A stretch of DNA of 64,000 nt from Candidatus Hydrogenedentota bacterium (GTDB lineage: Bacteria; Hydrogenedentota; Hydrogenedentia; Hydrogenedentales; SLHB01). Below are positions 10,200 through 19,249 of this stretch, piece by piece. Below the pieces are notes generated by a model. It saw only the letters and a program-made list of their open reading frames with translations. It was not told the origin of the DNA and made no database searches. A program made the position numbers and the translations under genes. Positions within the stretch are counted from its first letter, which is position 1. Each line of letters starts with the position of its first letter. The DNA is taken from NCBI GenBank assembly GCA_963674865.2, contig CAXXYE010000001.1, positions 224,001 to 288,000 of the forward strand. The letters run 5' to 3'.

Positions 10200-10229
10200 A
10201 GTCTACCACCGACGGGGGTGTCTTGGCAA
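10200..10229 (-). promoter_or_regulatory. Putative sigma70 promoter of the TPR-chaperone-HK-RR operon
   Basis: Minus strand TTGCCA-18 bp-TAGACT with TG extension. Confidence 0.45.
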
Positions 10230-10317
10230 TGGGTTGTATAGGAATATTTTTCCCCGCTCGAGAGGCGAGCCGGGCGCTGATGCTCTTCACGCAGACAAGG
10301 AAAAGATTGCCTGATGC

Positions 10318-11091
10318 CTACGCCGGTGCGAAAGCTGACGAAAGGCTGTCGAGGGTCCCCTCCAGAAAGAGGAGCGTGCCCCGGATTTCGGCGCGCTGTC
10401 CGGGAGCCAGGTCCGGCATGAAGGGGTCGGCATGCAAGCAAGGATGATTCGGATTTCCTACTAAGGAGAGCGTGTGGTCGTGCCATGTCATGGCGAGCAG
10501 ACGCGGCGCTTGGTTGGACATCACCGCCATTACGGGCCAATCCGCGGTTCTGGGTCCTCTACGCCATCCCAGGGAAATCTGTCCGTTCTCGGCGCCGAGG
10601 GCCTTCGCTTCAGGATAGGGCATCCAGCCTTTGGCCGGCACATGGACGAATTTGTTATCGAGGGAGAAGTCGGCGAATTCGCGGCAGGCGCGCAAGAAGA
10701 CACACGTCTGGAGCGAGATGTTGTTGAGAGGCGCATCGGTGCCGTTTTCGAGGTGAAGGCGGAGTTTGACGGCGCCCTCGTCCGCTCTTGTCAATTCGCC
10801 GCCGAAAACAACGCCATTCGGCAGTCGACGCTCGCAGCAGAGGCCGTTCGGCGCCGCTTGCCACGTTACCTTCGGCAAATCGGTATAGACAGAGGGCACT
10901 CCAGGGTTGATATGGCTCAGGAAGATGAGCCCCTGGCTGGTGAAGATCGCCTCGGGGAAGTCCAGCCAGACATAGTCCTGGCCGGGCCACGGCGGGCTTA
11001 TCCAGGCGATGTGTTCCCAGGGATAATGGGGACGCCAGCACCCCGGGAGTATTCGTATGCCTTCTGCTTCGGTATCGTACGTGTTGCCCAT
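10318..11091 (-). CDS. Hypothetical protein
   Basis: 257 aa ORF with GAAGGAA RBS-like sequence; W/P-rich; no family recognised. Confidence 0.75.
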   Translation of the reverse strand: MGNTYDTEAEGIRILPGCWRPHYPWEHIAWISPPWPGQDYVWLDFPEAIFTSQGLIFLSHINPGVPSVYTDLPKVTWQAAPNGLCCERRLPNGVVFGGELTRADEGAVKLRLHLENGTDAPLNNISLQTCVFLRACREFADFSLDNKFVHVPAKGWMPYPEAKALGAENGQISLGWRRGPRTADWPVMAVMSNQAPRLLAMTWHDHTLSLVGNPNHPCLHADPFMPDLAPGQRAEIRGTLLFLEGTLDSLSSAFAPA

Positions 11092-11121
11092 GATTGGCCG
11101 TGGCCGTTCCTTCGTGTGATT

Positions 11122-12489
11122 CTAGAATAACAAGACGTGAACGGCCTTCTCCTCTTCCGTATCGGGGTGAATGATGACGATATCCTCATTGGCATTGTCG
11201 TTGAGATGATAGGGCCGGGCCAGTCCGTAGGCGGGCACCTGGATGGCCTGCCACGGGCGATCCGACACCAGCTTCTTGGGACTGCCCGTGTGTACCACAA
11301 GACATCCGGCCGCATCGGCAAAGGCGGTGTCGAGCCAGCCGTCGCCGTTGAAGTCGCCCGAGGTATACGCGATGTTTCGCCGGTCTTCGGGCGCGTTGAG
11401 TGTTAGGGACTCGTGGAACTGGGGCTCGGGAGACAGGCCCTCGTCTCCGCACATATAGGCTTCGATCTGAATCGTTACCTTGTTCCGTAAGAAGTAGTTG
11501 ACGAAGTTCCGCAGGCCGAAAGGAAACTTGAGAAACACAAGATCCCGCCTACCGTCGCTGTCCACATCAGTGATCCACGGGCTGGTGATGACCCCCTTGG
11601 CCGTGAACACGGCGGAGGGTTGCTCCGAATAAGTCAGGGAAGGTTGGGCCATGTAGATTTCCGTAAGCACGCGCACGCTGACGTTGCCCTTTGTCTCCGT
11701 GACGATCAGGTCCGGCAGCCCGTCGCTATTAAGATCGGATAAGAGTGCCTTTCTGTCGCCCTTTTCCTCGCGTTGAGCGGGAATCTTGAAGCGATTATGG
11801 CTGCTCCAGTCCTCTCCGTAGGCGAAGTCGACAGCGTCGCCGGTGACAAACGCCAAGCCTTTCCGCGGCCAACCGGGCTGCTCGACGAGTTCGCGGGCCG
11901 GGAAGTGATGAGACACCGTGATGCTCTTGGCTCCAGATATGTCGCTCTCGACATCGCAGCTCACAGCGCCGATCTTGCCGTCTAGGTCGCGCACCTCGAA
12001 GCCGCTGGCGACGGGTATCAGCCATGCGTCCGCCCCGTTGTCGTCGAAGTCCATGGCTATGTCCTCGAGAAACACTGGGCGGTTCAGATTTCCTGGGAGT
12101 AGTGAATCGAAGCGCTGGGCTGTCAACGGGGCGAATTCGCCGGCGCGGTACGCAAGGATCTCGATATCTTGGGCGCTCGTCACGATCAATTCCACCGGCG
12201 GCTTGCCGTCGGCCTCCGCGAGGAAGAGCGCGCCGGACGACGGCTCAAGTGGCAGGACATTCGAGGGCGTCTTTGGGTAGTGTCCGGCCGCATCGGCGAC
12301 GAATACGGCTAGGTACTTCTGAGGTGAGGCCTCCTCCGTGCTCGAACACAGGGCGAGTATCTCGGCGCGGTCATCGCCTGTGAGGTCAGCGGCGGCCACA
12401 TCCCAGACAGGAGCCCCAGGCGCGAGAACGCAAACCGTTGGTTCCGTCTGGCCTAAGAGTCCTAGTCCAATCAAGAGCAGTGAAAGCAT
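11122..12489 (-). CDS. Secreted FG-GAP/VCBS repeat protein
   Basis: N-terminal signal peptide; repeats DLTGDDRAEI, DLNSDGLPDLI, DVDSDGRRDLV, GDFNGDGWLD. Confidence 0.85.
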   Translation of the reverse strand: MLSLLLIGLGLLGQTEPTVCVLAPGAPVWDVAAADLTGDDRAEILALCSSTEEASPQKYLAVFVADAAGHYPKTPSNVLPLEPSSGALFLAEADGKPPVELIVTSAQDIEILAYRAGEFAPLTAQRFDSLLPGNLNRPVFLEDIAMDFDDNGADAWLIPVASGFEVRDLDGKIGAVSCDVESDISGAKSITVSHHFPARELVEQPGWPRKGLAFVTGDAVDFAYGEDWSSHNRFKIPAQREEKGDRKALLSDLNSDGLPDLIVTETKGNVSVRVLTEIYMAQPSLTYSEQPSAVFTAKGVITSPWITDVDSDGRRDLVFLKFPFGLRNFVNYFLRNKVTIQIEAYMCGDEGLSPEPQFHESLTLNAPEDRRNIAYTSGDFNGDGWLDTAFADAAGCLVVHTGSPKKLVSDRPWQAIQVPAYGLARPYHLNDNANEDIVIIHPDTEEEKAVHVLLF

Positions 12490-12733
12490 AGAACCTCCCT
12501 GGAGTCTGCATATCGGTATTCCGCCCGGCGTCTGTTTTGACTGCGGAAGGTCGCCGGCGGTTTCGCCGGGACACTCCCAACATACTACCAGCGGGAGGGC
12601 AAACGATCACAAGATGCCGGGGATTTGCCCTGTTTCTGTGTCCGCCTATCGTGAATGCGCTCTTGTCAAACGGCATAGGGCGGCCCGGGAGGGAGAGGGC
12701 AACAGCGGGAAGAGCCGTCGAGGGGGAGACGGA

Positions 12734-13174
12734 TTAGTGTGCGGCGCCGATGCTCTCGGCAGCGGTTTCGAGGAAACCAACAAACCTGGCGAAGTCCATG
12801 CTGTTGGCAAACGTGTCGCCGAATTGGAGCGCTGCCGTTCTTCGCCGCTCGTCCTGGGGCACGACCCGGATAACTTCGGCTGGGCCTACAAAAGCCTCTG
12901 GAAAGAACATGCTGTTGGGACACATGTGCGTCGGAATGGAAAGATTGACATGTTGGCCAGGTTCGAGCGAGTGCTTCGTCTTCACCGCCACCCCACTCAC
13001 GGACATATTCAGTGTGAGTCCCGGCCCGATGAACCGGCCCTTGTGTTCGGGGCCGTCTACGGCGATGGATACCTTGAAAGGAAGGTCGAAGCGAGATGCC
13101 GTCCGCCGGTCCTCGCGGCGCTCGAACGGGTCGTCCCACGCCGCGTCGACATCGTACCGTCTACCTCGTGGCAT
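12734..13174 (-). CDS. PilZ-domain protein (c-di-GMP receptor candidate)
   Basis: RRTASR (RxxxR) and NMSVSG (D/NxSxxG) motifs. Confidence 0.85.
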   Translation of the reverse strand: MPRGRRYDVDAAWDDPFERREDRRTASRFDLPFKVSIAVDGPEHKGRFIGPGLTLNMSVSGVAVKTKHSLEPGQHVNLSIPTHMCPNSMFFPEAFVGPAEVIRVVPQDERRRTAALQFGDTFANSMDFARFVGFLETAAESIGAAH

Positions 13175-13202
13175 TAGCTGAAATCTCCTTCAGGTCAACG
13201 CT

Positions 13203-13232
13203 ACTATAACCGATATCCTCAGTGTTTAGCAA
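13203..13232 (-). promoter_or_regulatory. Putative sigma70 promoter of the PilZ gene
   Basis: Minus strand TTGCTA-18 bp-TATAGT, upstream of a GAAGGAG RBS. Confidence 0.45.
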
Positions 13233-13445
13233 GAATCACTTTTTGCTCACTTTGGAATAATTTGGCTTTTTGAGCACTGTGTCTCTCCGCCAAGGCCAGT
13301 CGCTTGGTTTTCTGTCTGTGACGCTGGCGGGGCGCAGAGGGGGGGCGGCACTGGGGACATGAAGTGCGGACACACCTCACGCCAACAAGCTGCCGATAGG
13401 CGCGGCTCTAAGACGTGGGGGGAGGGGAGATGGGCCGAGGTCCGG

Positions 13446-14387
13446 CTAGGCGTCGCCCTCACTGAGCAGTTCGTCATAGAAACTGCTGAACGCGGCGCCG
13501 TCCGGTTGTTTCATGAGGGCCATCGCGGCGCGTGGATGCTTATTCAGGACGCCGGTGATCGTGTAGGGGATCTCGTAGCCCCACCGCAACTCCTTCTTCA
13601 GTGGGACGAAGTGCTCTTGGATGAGGTCGAGCACGGGCCGGACATCGAATTTGGGATTGTTGAGGAAGCTGATGATGAGTTCAAGGGGGCAATTCCCTGC
13701 TGCGCGCCCAATCCCGTAAATGCTGCCGTCAAGATAGGTGATGCCCTTCAAGGCCGCCTCCACCGTGTTGGCATAGGCAAGCTGCTGGTTGTTGTGGCAG
13801 TGAATTCCCAATTGCTTGCCGTTGAGCCGGTGGATGTACTTCTCGGCCAGGTAGTGTATCTGCTCCGAGTAGTAATAGCCGAAGCTATCGACGAGGTAAA
13901 CCATGTCGAAGTCCGTCTGGGCGAGTTGTTCGAGTGCGCCGTCGAGATCGGGCTCCGGGACATGCGACACGGCCATGATGTTCACGGATACTTCGTATCC
14001 CATCGACTTGACGTGGTTCCCGAGATGAATCGCTTTGTCGATATCCTTGACGTACGTGGCGACGCGGAAGAGCCGGACGATGGATTGATCGGCTGGGATG
14101 AAAGCGTCGTAGTCGGTGCGCCCCACGTCGAGCATAACCGACACCTTGGCGTCGCACTCGTGGGCCACATCGCGCAGGTCCTCTTCGTCGCAAAAGCGCC
14201 AGGGGCCGTAATCGGAAGGAGAGAATAGCTTCTTATCGGCGCGGTAGCCGAGTTCGACGTAGTCGACGCCGGCCTGCGCCAGTCCGGTGAATACGTCCTT
14301 CACCATGGCCTTGTCGAACTGCCAATCATTCATGAGTCCGCCGTCGCGGATGGTGCAATCCAGGATTTTCGTTTCGGGACGGTACAT
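13446..14387 (-). CDS. DRE-TIM/HMGL-like aldolase (4-hydroxy-2-oxovalerate aldolase-related)
   Basis: LDCTIRDGG, DSFG, HCHNN, GIGRAAGNCPLE motifs. Confidence 0.88.
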   Translation of the reverse strand: MYRPETKILDCTIRDGGLMNDWQFDKAMVKDVFTGLAQAGVDYVELGYRADKKLFSPSDYGPWRFCDEEDLRDVAHECDAKVSVMLDVGRTDYDAFIPADQSIVRLFRVATYVKDIDKAIHLGNHVKSMGYEVSVNIMAVSHVPEPDLDGALEQLAQTDFDMVYLVDSFGYYYSEQIHYLAEKYIHRLNGKQLGIHCHNNQQLAYANTVEAALKGITYLDGSIYGIGRAAGNCPLELIISFLNNPKFDVRPVLDLIQEHFVPLKKELRWGYEIPYTITGVLNKHPRAAMALMKQPDGAAFSSFYDELLSEGDA

Positions 14388-14453
14388 ACAGCGCTATCCT
14401 CTGAAATGGCCGAAATACCAACGGCGCAAGGCTACTCGCTCGGCCCGGTGAAA

Positions 14454-15806
14454 TCAACCTCCCGGCCCTTCCGTGATAGCGCATAGGATGATTCGAGTGG
14501 CTCGCCTGCTTGGAGCGACAAGGCTCTGACGTGCCGGATCATTCCTCGACGTGCACGGCGATATCGTCCAGTGTAACGTGGGTGACGCCCGGAACCGTGG
14601 CGCTATCGTCCGTGTAGACGGAATAGGCCGTCGAGATGCTCTGGTAGTTGGACAACACATCTTGGAGTGGCCGAAGCCGATGGTTTGCGTCGCGCCCACG
14701 GCAGTGGTAGGGGGCGTCTCGTCCACAGTGGCGCGGGGCGTGTCGCCCGCGCCGGACTCAGCGCTCTCGGGCGGGGATTCAGCAGGGCTGTCTGCCGGGG
14801 CAAGCGCCTTGTCTGGGACGCTCTCGGGTTGTTGAACCGGCGTCGCCAATTCATTGAGCCTGCGGGCATAGTCGATCACGGGCATTACCGTGGCGAATCT
14901 GGGATCTCCCTCGCCGAGGATGTCGTTCTCTTGTGCAAACCGCGCATACTCACGCAGCACGCCCATCTGAGCAGGATTCAGGCGCGTGCGCAACGCCTTT
15001 TCCCGCAAATAACGATCCAGTAGCGTGTTGCAGGCGTAAGCGACGCCGCGGCAGTCCTGAGGAGGAAAGGAGCTTGCCGGCCTTTCCTGCCTTCCCGCAG
15101 CTCGTTGCCTCTGCTGGGTGCAGCGTACGAGTTCTTCGTACTCCTCTATCTTGCGCTCGGCCGCGGCCACGAGCGTCGGCAGCGTACGGCCATCCGGATC
15201 GAGTTGTGCGGCGAGCACCGGAACGGGATCGTATATGTCTCCCTCTTTGCGTTCGGCGTAGTTCTGGCAGAAGCGCCCCAAGGAGTCGGTGAGTTCGGCC
15301 TTCTCCGAGGGCGAGCCGTTCTCGGCAATCGCCATGAGTTTCTGAACGCGAGGATCGCCGGCAGTGCAGGCCAAGTGGTCGATGAAGCCGGGCCTATCCT
15401 TCAATCGGACTATGTCAAACAGTGGATTCCTGTAGCTGGGTGTTCTCACCACTACTGTTTCGCCGGTAGCCGGGTCCTTTTCCAGAACCACTCCAGGATC
15501 GTTGTGTAGAACGTCGAGCGTCTCGTCGAGTGTTTCCCGTTGGGCCTTGTCCCACTCGGCCAGCCAGCGCTCACGGAGTTCGGGATTACGTTCGAAAAGG
15601 CGCAGGAACTTGGCGTAGGCGCGCGTGTCTTCTATGGAAGTCCACAAGGGCGCCGAGGGATATTTGCCGTTGGCGTCAGGTTCTCCCAGCAGTCCGGCCA
15701 GAAGGTCTTCAAGAGTGTCTTCCGTGGTTTCCGATGGCGTCTCTAAGGCTAACGGCGTCTCTTCGACGACAACCTCCTGGGCAGGCGGAGGTTTAGGGGC
15801 CTGCAT
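14454..15806 (-). CDS. Hypothetical protein, probably the body of a frameshifted exported protein
   Basis: 450 aa ORF; its likely N-terminal anchor lies in another frame at 15793-15936. Confidence 0.55.
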   Translation of the reverse strand: MQAPKPPPAQEVVVEETPLALETPSETTEDTLEDLLAGLLGEPDANGKYPSAPLWTSIEDTRAYAKFLRLFERNPELRERWLAEWDKAQRETLDETLDVLHNDPGVVLEKDPATGETVVVRTPSYRNPLFDIVRLKDRPGFIDHLACTAGDPRVQKLMAIAENGSPSEKAELTDSLGRFCQNYAERKEGDIYDPVPVLAAQLDPDGRTLPTLVAAAERKIEEYEELVRCTQQRQRAAGRQERPASSFPPQDCRGVAYACNTLLDRYLREKALRTRLNPAQMGVLREYARFAQENDILGEGDPRFATVMPVIDYARRLNELATPVQQPESVPDKALAPADSPAESPPESAESGAGDTPRATVDETPPTTAVGATQTIGFGHSKMCCPTTRASRRPIPSTRTIAPRFRASPTLHWTISPCTSRNDPARQSLVAPSRRATRIILCAITEGPGG

Positions 15807-15936
15807 CGGTTCTTTCGTTCTCTCCGAGGATGGGGGCGCCTTGCAGACAAGCCACTACCAGCAACGCAACGAATGCGCAGAATCCCATGGCCAACGCGAT
15901 CCAACGCCAAGGTGATATCTCGGATTTCCGTGACAT
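15793..15936 (-). CDS. 47-aa signal/TM fragment, probable displaced N-terminus of the 14454-15806 ORF
   Basis: GGGAGGGG RBS; MSRKSEISPWRWIALAMGFCAFVALLVVACLQGAPILGENERTDAGP. Confidence 0.5.
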   Translation of the reverse strand: MSRKSEISPWRWIALAMGFCAFVALLVVACLQGAPILGENERTDAGP

Positions 15937-16245
15937 GCTGTTCCCCTCCCACCAGGCGACGCCGATGCGAAAGGCACGGGCGGCGCCGCCTTAAATCATG
16001 TGCCCCGAGCAGTCTTTTCGTCAGTGTAAACTACTCACCTAACATTGTCAATGTGCCAGGTGCTGACGCCCGTCTGCAGGTTGAGTTGTTGAGAGGTGCT
16101 GGCTGGTACATGAGTCAGGCCAGACGATAGGCGGCCTGGGCCCGGCGCGTGGGGCCGTGTCGGGAGCACTTCGACGAGTGTGCGCCATATTCCCCTTGAC
16201 GGGCGTCTCGGCGGCCGTGCTATCCTGAACTCGGAGTAATCAACC

Positions 16246-17232
16246 GTGGACAAACTTGCCATCAAAGCCATTGTCGTGATGGGCGTTTTCGCCTTTGTTT
16301 TCCTTGGATTGACGTCCATCGCGCTGCGGCGCTCTCTCGATAGGAGTGAGCCTGCGCCGGTGCAGGTTGGCCGGGCCAAGTCTTCTTTTGACGGGGCTCA
16401 GGCGTATACCTGTGCGGCGAAGATCGCCAGCCTTTGTCGTGCTACGCCGGGCGAGAAAGGCCATGAAGCCTTACGCGCATTCATCCGCAGAGAATTGGGG
16501 CGAGTCGGATTGGAGACGCGGCGTCAGGTATTCAAGGCATCGACGCCGCAAGGCGAGGCGGCGCTTGAGAACCTCGTGGGCGTAGTCCGTGGCGACAGCA
16601 GCGGCATTATCATTGTCAGCGGCCACTACGGTTGCCAATGCGGCGTCGATCCGATGTCCGCGCGTGCGCGTGCCGGCGCCTCGACGACGGCGTGGCTGCT
16701 TGAAATGGCTCGGGCGCTCGGGCCGACACGCGAAGGCCGATCGGTCTGGCTGTGCTTTCTCGATGGCGAAGAGCCGCAGGCCGGAGTCTCCGCCGCGGAG
16801 GATAGGTCCGGCTGCCGCGCGTTTGTCGATCATCTTGAGCAGCGGGGTGAACTGAAGCGTGTGACGGCTGTGATGGATCTGAATATCGTCGGCAGGAGCA
16901 CCCTTGGCCTCAACAAGGACCCGGAGGCTCCGCATTGGTTGACTGGGATCGTCTGGTCGCGCGCAGACGAACTTGGCTACGGGAGGCATTTTCTTCCTCT
17001 AGCCCATGGGCTGGAAGGTGAGTGTGAGGCCTTTCGGGAGGCGCACATTCCCTCGGCGGCCATCGTTGAATCCGATGTCGCTGACGAGGAAGGACGCGGG
17101 GGAGATGAGGCCGCATTGTCCGGCGCGGCTTCTCCAGAGGGCTTGCAGGTTGTGGGGGACGTGATCTATCATTCGATTTTGGATATTGACGCCAAGCTGA
17201 ATGCTTCGGAGATTCACGGTGCCGCGACCTGA
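16246..17232 (+). CDS. M28 peptidase/glutaminyl-cyclase-like protein with degenerate metal ligands
   Basis: N-terminal TM; FDGAQAY, NLVG, SGHY, GAS, FLDGEE, V..V..L.IVG pattern of M28. Confidence 0.75.
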   Translation: MDKLAIKAIVVMGVFAFVFLGLTSIALRRSLDRSEPAPVQVGRAKSSFDGAQAYTCAAKIASLCRATPGEKGHEALRAFIRRELGRVGLETRRQVFKASTPQGEAALENLVGVVRGDSSGIIIVSGHYGCQCGVDPMSARARAGASTTAWLLEMARALGPTREGRSVWLCFLDGEEPQAGVSAAEDRSGCRAFVDHLEQRGELKRVTAVMDLNIVGRSTLGLNKDPEAPHWLTGIVWSRADELGYGRHFLPLAHGLEGECEAFREAHIPSAAIVESDVADEEGRGGDEAALSGAASPEGLQVVGDVIYHSILDIDAKLNASEIHGAAT

Positions 17233-17364
17233 CAGGCGATTCCGTCCGGTCTTGCGCGTGGACGCGAGAGATGATGAGACGCGGGATCGCACCATGCGAG
17301 TGCCTGCGGAAGCATCGCGCGTCTGCCCGAAGGGTGTGGTTCGACATGTGGGGACGGGTAGTTT

Positions 17365-17625
17365 GTGAAAGACTTTTTGACACGTTTCGACGCGGCGGGG
17401 TGGCCTTTCTGGACCGTGCTGTTCTTGGTGTTTGTGGCCCCGTGCATTTACGGCGTCTCGTTGATCACTTTTGAGGGTGTCGGGTGGTATATCCCCGGCA
17501 TTGCCGGTGTGGTCTGCGCGTCCGTGTTGGCCAGTCTCGTCGCATGGGGAGTGAACAGCATCCTCCAGTCCCGGCAGAAAAAGCTTCGGAAGGCCGCTCG
17601 CAAGTCGGCAAAGCGGCACAAGTGA
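17365..17625 (+). CDS. Small two-TM membrane protein
   Basis: 86 aa, two hydrophobic helices, basic tail. Confidence 0.65.
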   Translation: MKDFLTRFDAAGWPFWTVLFLVFVAPCIYGVSLITFEGVGWYIPGIAGVVCASVLASLVAWGVNSILQSRQKKLRKAARKSAKRHK

Positions 17626-17709
17626 CTTTTCCGGCGAGGGTTGAGTGAAGCCTGCCCTCGTCTTCTATAGAGCGTCTGGTGACTTGGCTGAGTCCTACAG
17701 GGTCTAGTT

Positions 17710-19197
17710 ATGGCCGATATCTGGGACATCACGCGGTACGTCGAGAGCAATCCCGACGACTACAAGCAGCGCTGGCGTCTGGCCAAGAAGCTCTACATGA
17801 ACTCCGAGTACCGGCTTGCACTCGAACATCTTCAAGTGCTTAAGAAGGACTGGGAGCCTAAGGTAAACGTTATCCGGTACTTGGGGGCGACGCTGCACCG
17901 GCTGGGAAGATACGAGGAAGCTGCCGCGGAACTCCAGGACGCCGTTGATAGGTGGTCCGACGAGTTGCCGTTGTGGGAACAGCTTGCCAAGGTGCTTGAG
18001 GCCGCCGGACGTCTCAAAGAGGCCGCATTGACCTGGGAAGACATCGCCGAGCGGTTTCCAGAGCATCCCAGAGCAGCGAAGGCCATGAAGCGTCTGTGGC
18101 TCGATTCGGGTGGGCATGTTCCTCAGACCGCGGTGGTCCTCGGGGACAGCGACGAAGGCCCGGGAGCGCAACCTGAGGTGACTTGCCCACGTTGCGGGGC
18201 TCGAAACGGGGACGAGATTGGCCGCTGCTGGCGTTGTCATGCAATGCTGGTTGAGCCGACGCCGGCTGCGGAGGCCCCTGTCTCCGCCTTCACCCTGCGG
18301 CCGCCGGAGTTGACGCCCGTTCTGTGGTTGCTCTTCGGCGGTTTGGCGGCCGTGATGTTACTGAGCGCCGGCGTTTATCTGTCGGTTCTTGCGCTCTCGA
18401 CCGCAACGGAGCCCGGTCTTCCTCTTACGGTGCAGGGACTACTCCGCCGCGACCTCGCCCTCAGGAGGGTCATGATCGGCCTTGTATTGGTAGTCGCCTG
18501 GCCCGTGATCCTTCGCGGCGTCATTGCCGCCTTACGCGTTGAGCGATCTGACGCGAGCACGGTGGTAGGCATTTTCGGCATTCTCTTGGCCGGCGCGACT
18601 CACGTGGCCTCCTTTCTGCCGAAGTCCGCGCTACTTGTCACGGTGCTTGTGGCGGCCATAGGGCCCCTTGCACTGTTACTGAGCTTCTTTCGCCATGATC
18701 CTCTAAGGGCGCTCAAGGCTTGGGCGGTCCAGGGACTGTTTATGGGGGTGGTGGGGATGGTTTCTCTTGCGGCATTTATCGGGGTCGGGGCGTTGACGCA
18801 GTTTTCCCAGATACGGGCGTATGCGGCCGGCCACGATGCGGCGAAAGAGCCGGGCAAAACCTTCGTTGTGGAGCATGAGACGCCGTTTCTTGTCGACATC
18901 GAGTGGAAGACAACTCGCTCAAACTGGCTTGACGCGCGTGCGGGCGAGGTCGCGTTCCTGATAAGCGCTCCGGCCGGGGCCGAGCTGGGTTTTGAGGTGG
19001 CTTTCGGGCCTGCCGGGTCGGAAGCACAACCGGCTGAGATGGTTACTTCCGGTGGCTCCACGGGAACCTACGTTGTCGAGCCGGGCGCACGCTATACCTT
19101 GCGCGTCGATACTCTTCGCTCCGGGGCGTCCGCCGTTGTAACGGCGCTTGGGGTCCTCGAACCGGTTATGGTGGCCGAGCCGCGACCTGCCGAATAG
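17710..19197 (+). CDS. TPR + zinc-ribbon + multi-TM membrane protein
   Basis: N-terminal TPRs, CPRCG...CWRCH ribbon, several TM helices, C-terminal beta-rich domain. Confidence 0.8.
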   Translation: MADIWDITRYVESNPDDYKQRWRLAKKLYMNSEYRLALEHLQVLKKDWEPKVNVIRYLGATLHRLGRYEEAAAELQDAVDRWSDELPLWEQLAKVLEAAGRLKEAALTWEDIAERFPEHPRAAKAMKRLWLDSGGHVPQTAVVLGDSDEGPGAQPEVTCPRCGARNGDEIGRCWRCHAMLVEPTPAAEAPVSAFTLRPPELTPVLWLLFGGLAAVMLLSAGVYLSVLALSTATEPGLPLTVQGLLRRDLALRRVMIGLVLVVAWPVILRGVIAALRVERSDASTVVGIFGILLAGATHVASFLPKSALLVTVLVAAIGPLALLLSFFRHDPLRALKAWAVQGLFMGVVGMVSLAAFIGVGALTQFSQIRAYAAGHDAAKEPGKTFVVEHETPFLVDIEWKTTRSNWLDARAGEVAFLISAPAGAELGFEVAFGPAGSEAQPAEMVTSGGSTGTYVVEPGARYTLRVDTLRSGASAVVTALGVLEPVMVAEPRPAE

Positions 19198-19249
19198 GAG
19201 TCCGGCCGGCGCGGAGTCTCTCTAGTCGCGTCCCTGGGCCGGAGTTCCG

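Noticed and set aside
13190..13216. Sigma28-like TCAG-N15-ACCGATAT on plus strand
   Set aside because: Points away from the PilZ gene into a convergent gene; overlaps a better sigma70 match on the other strand
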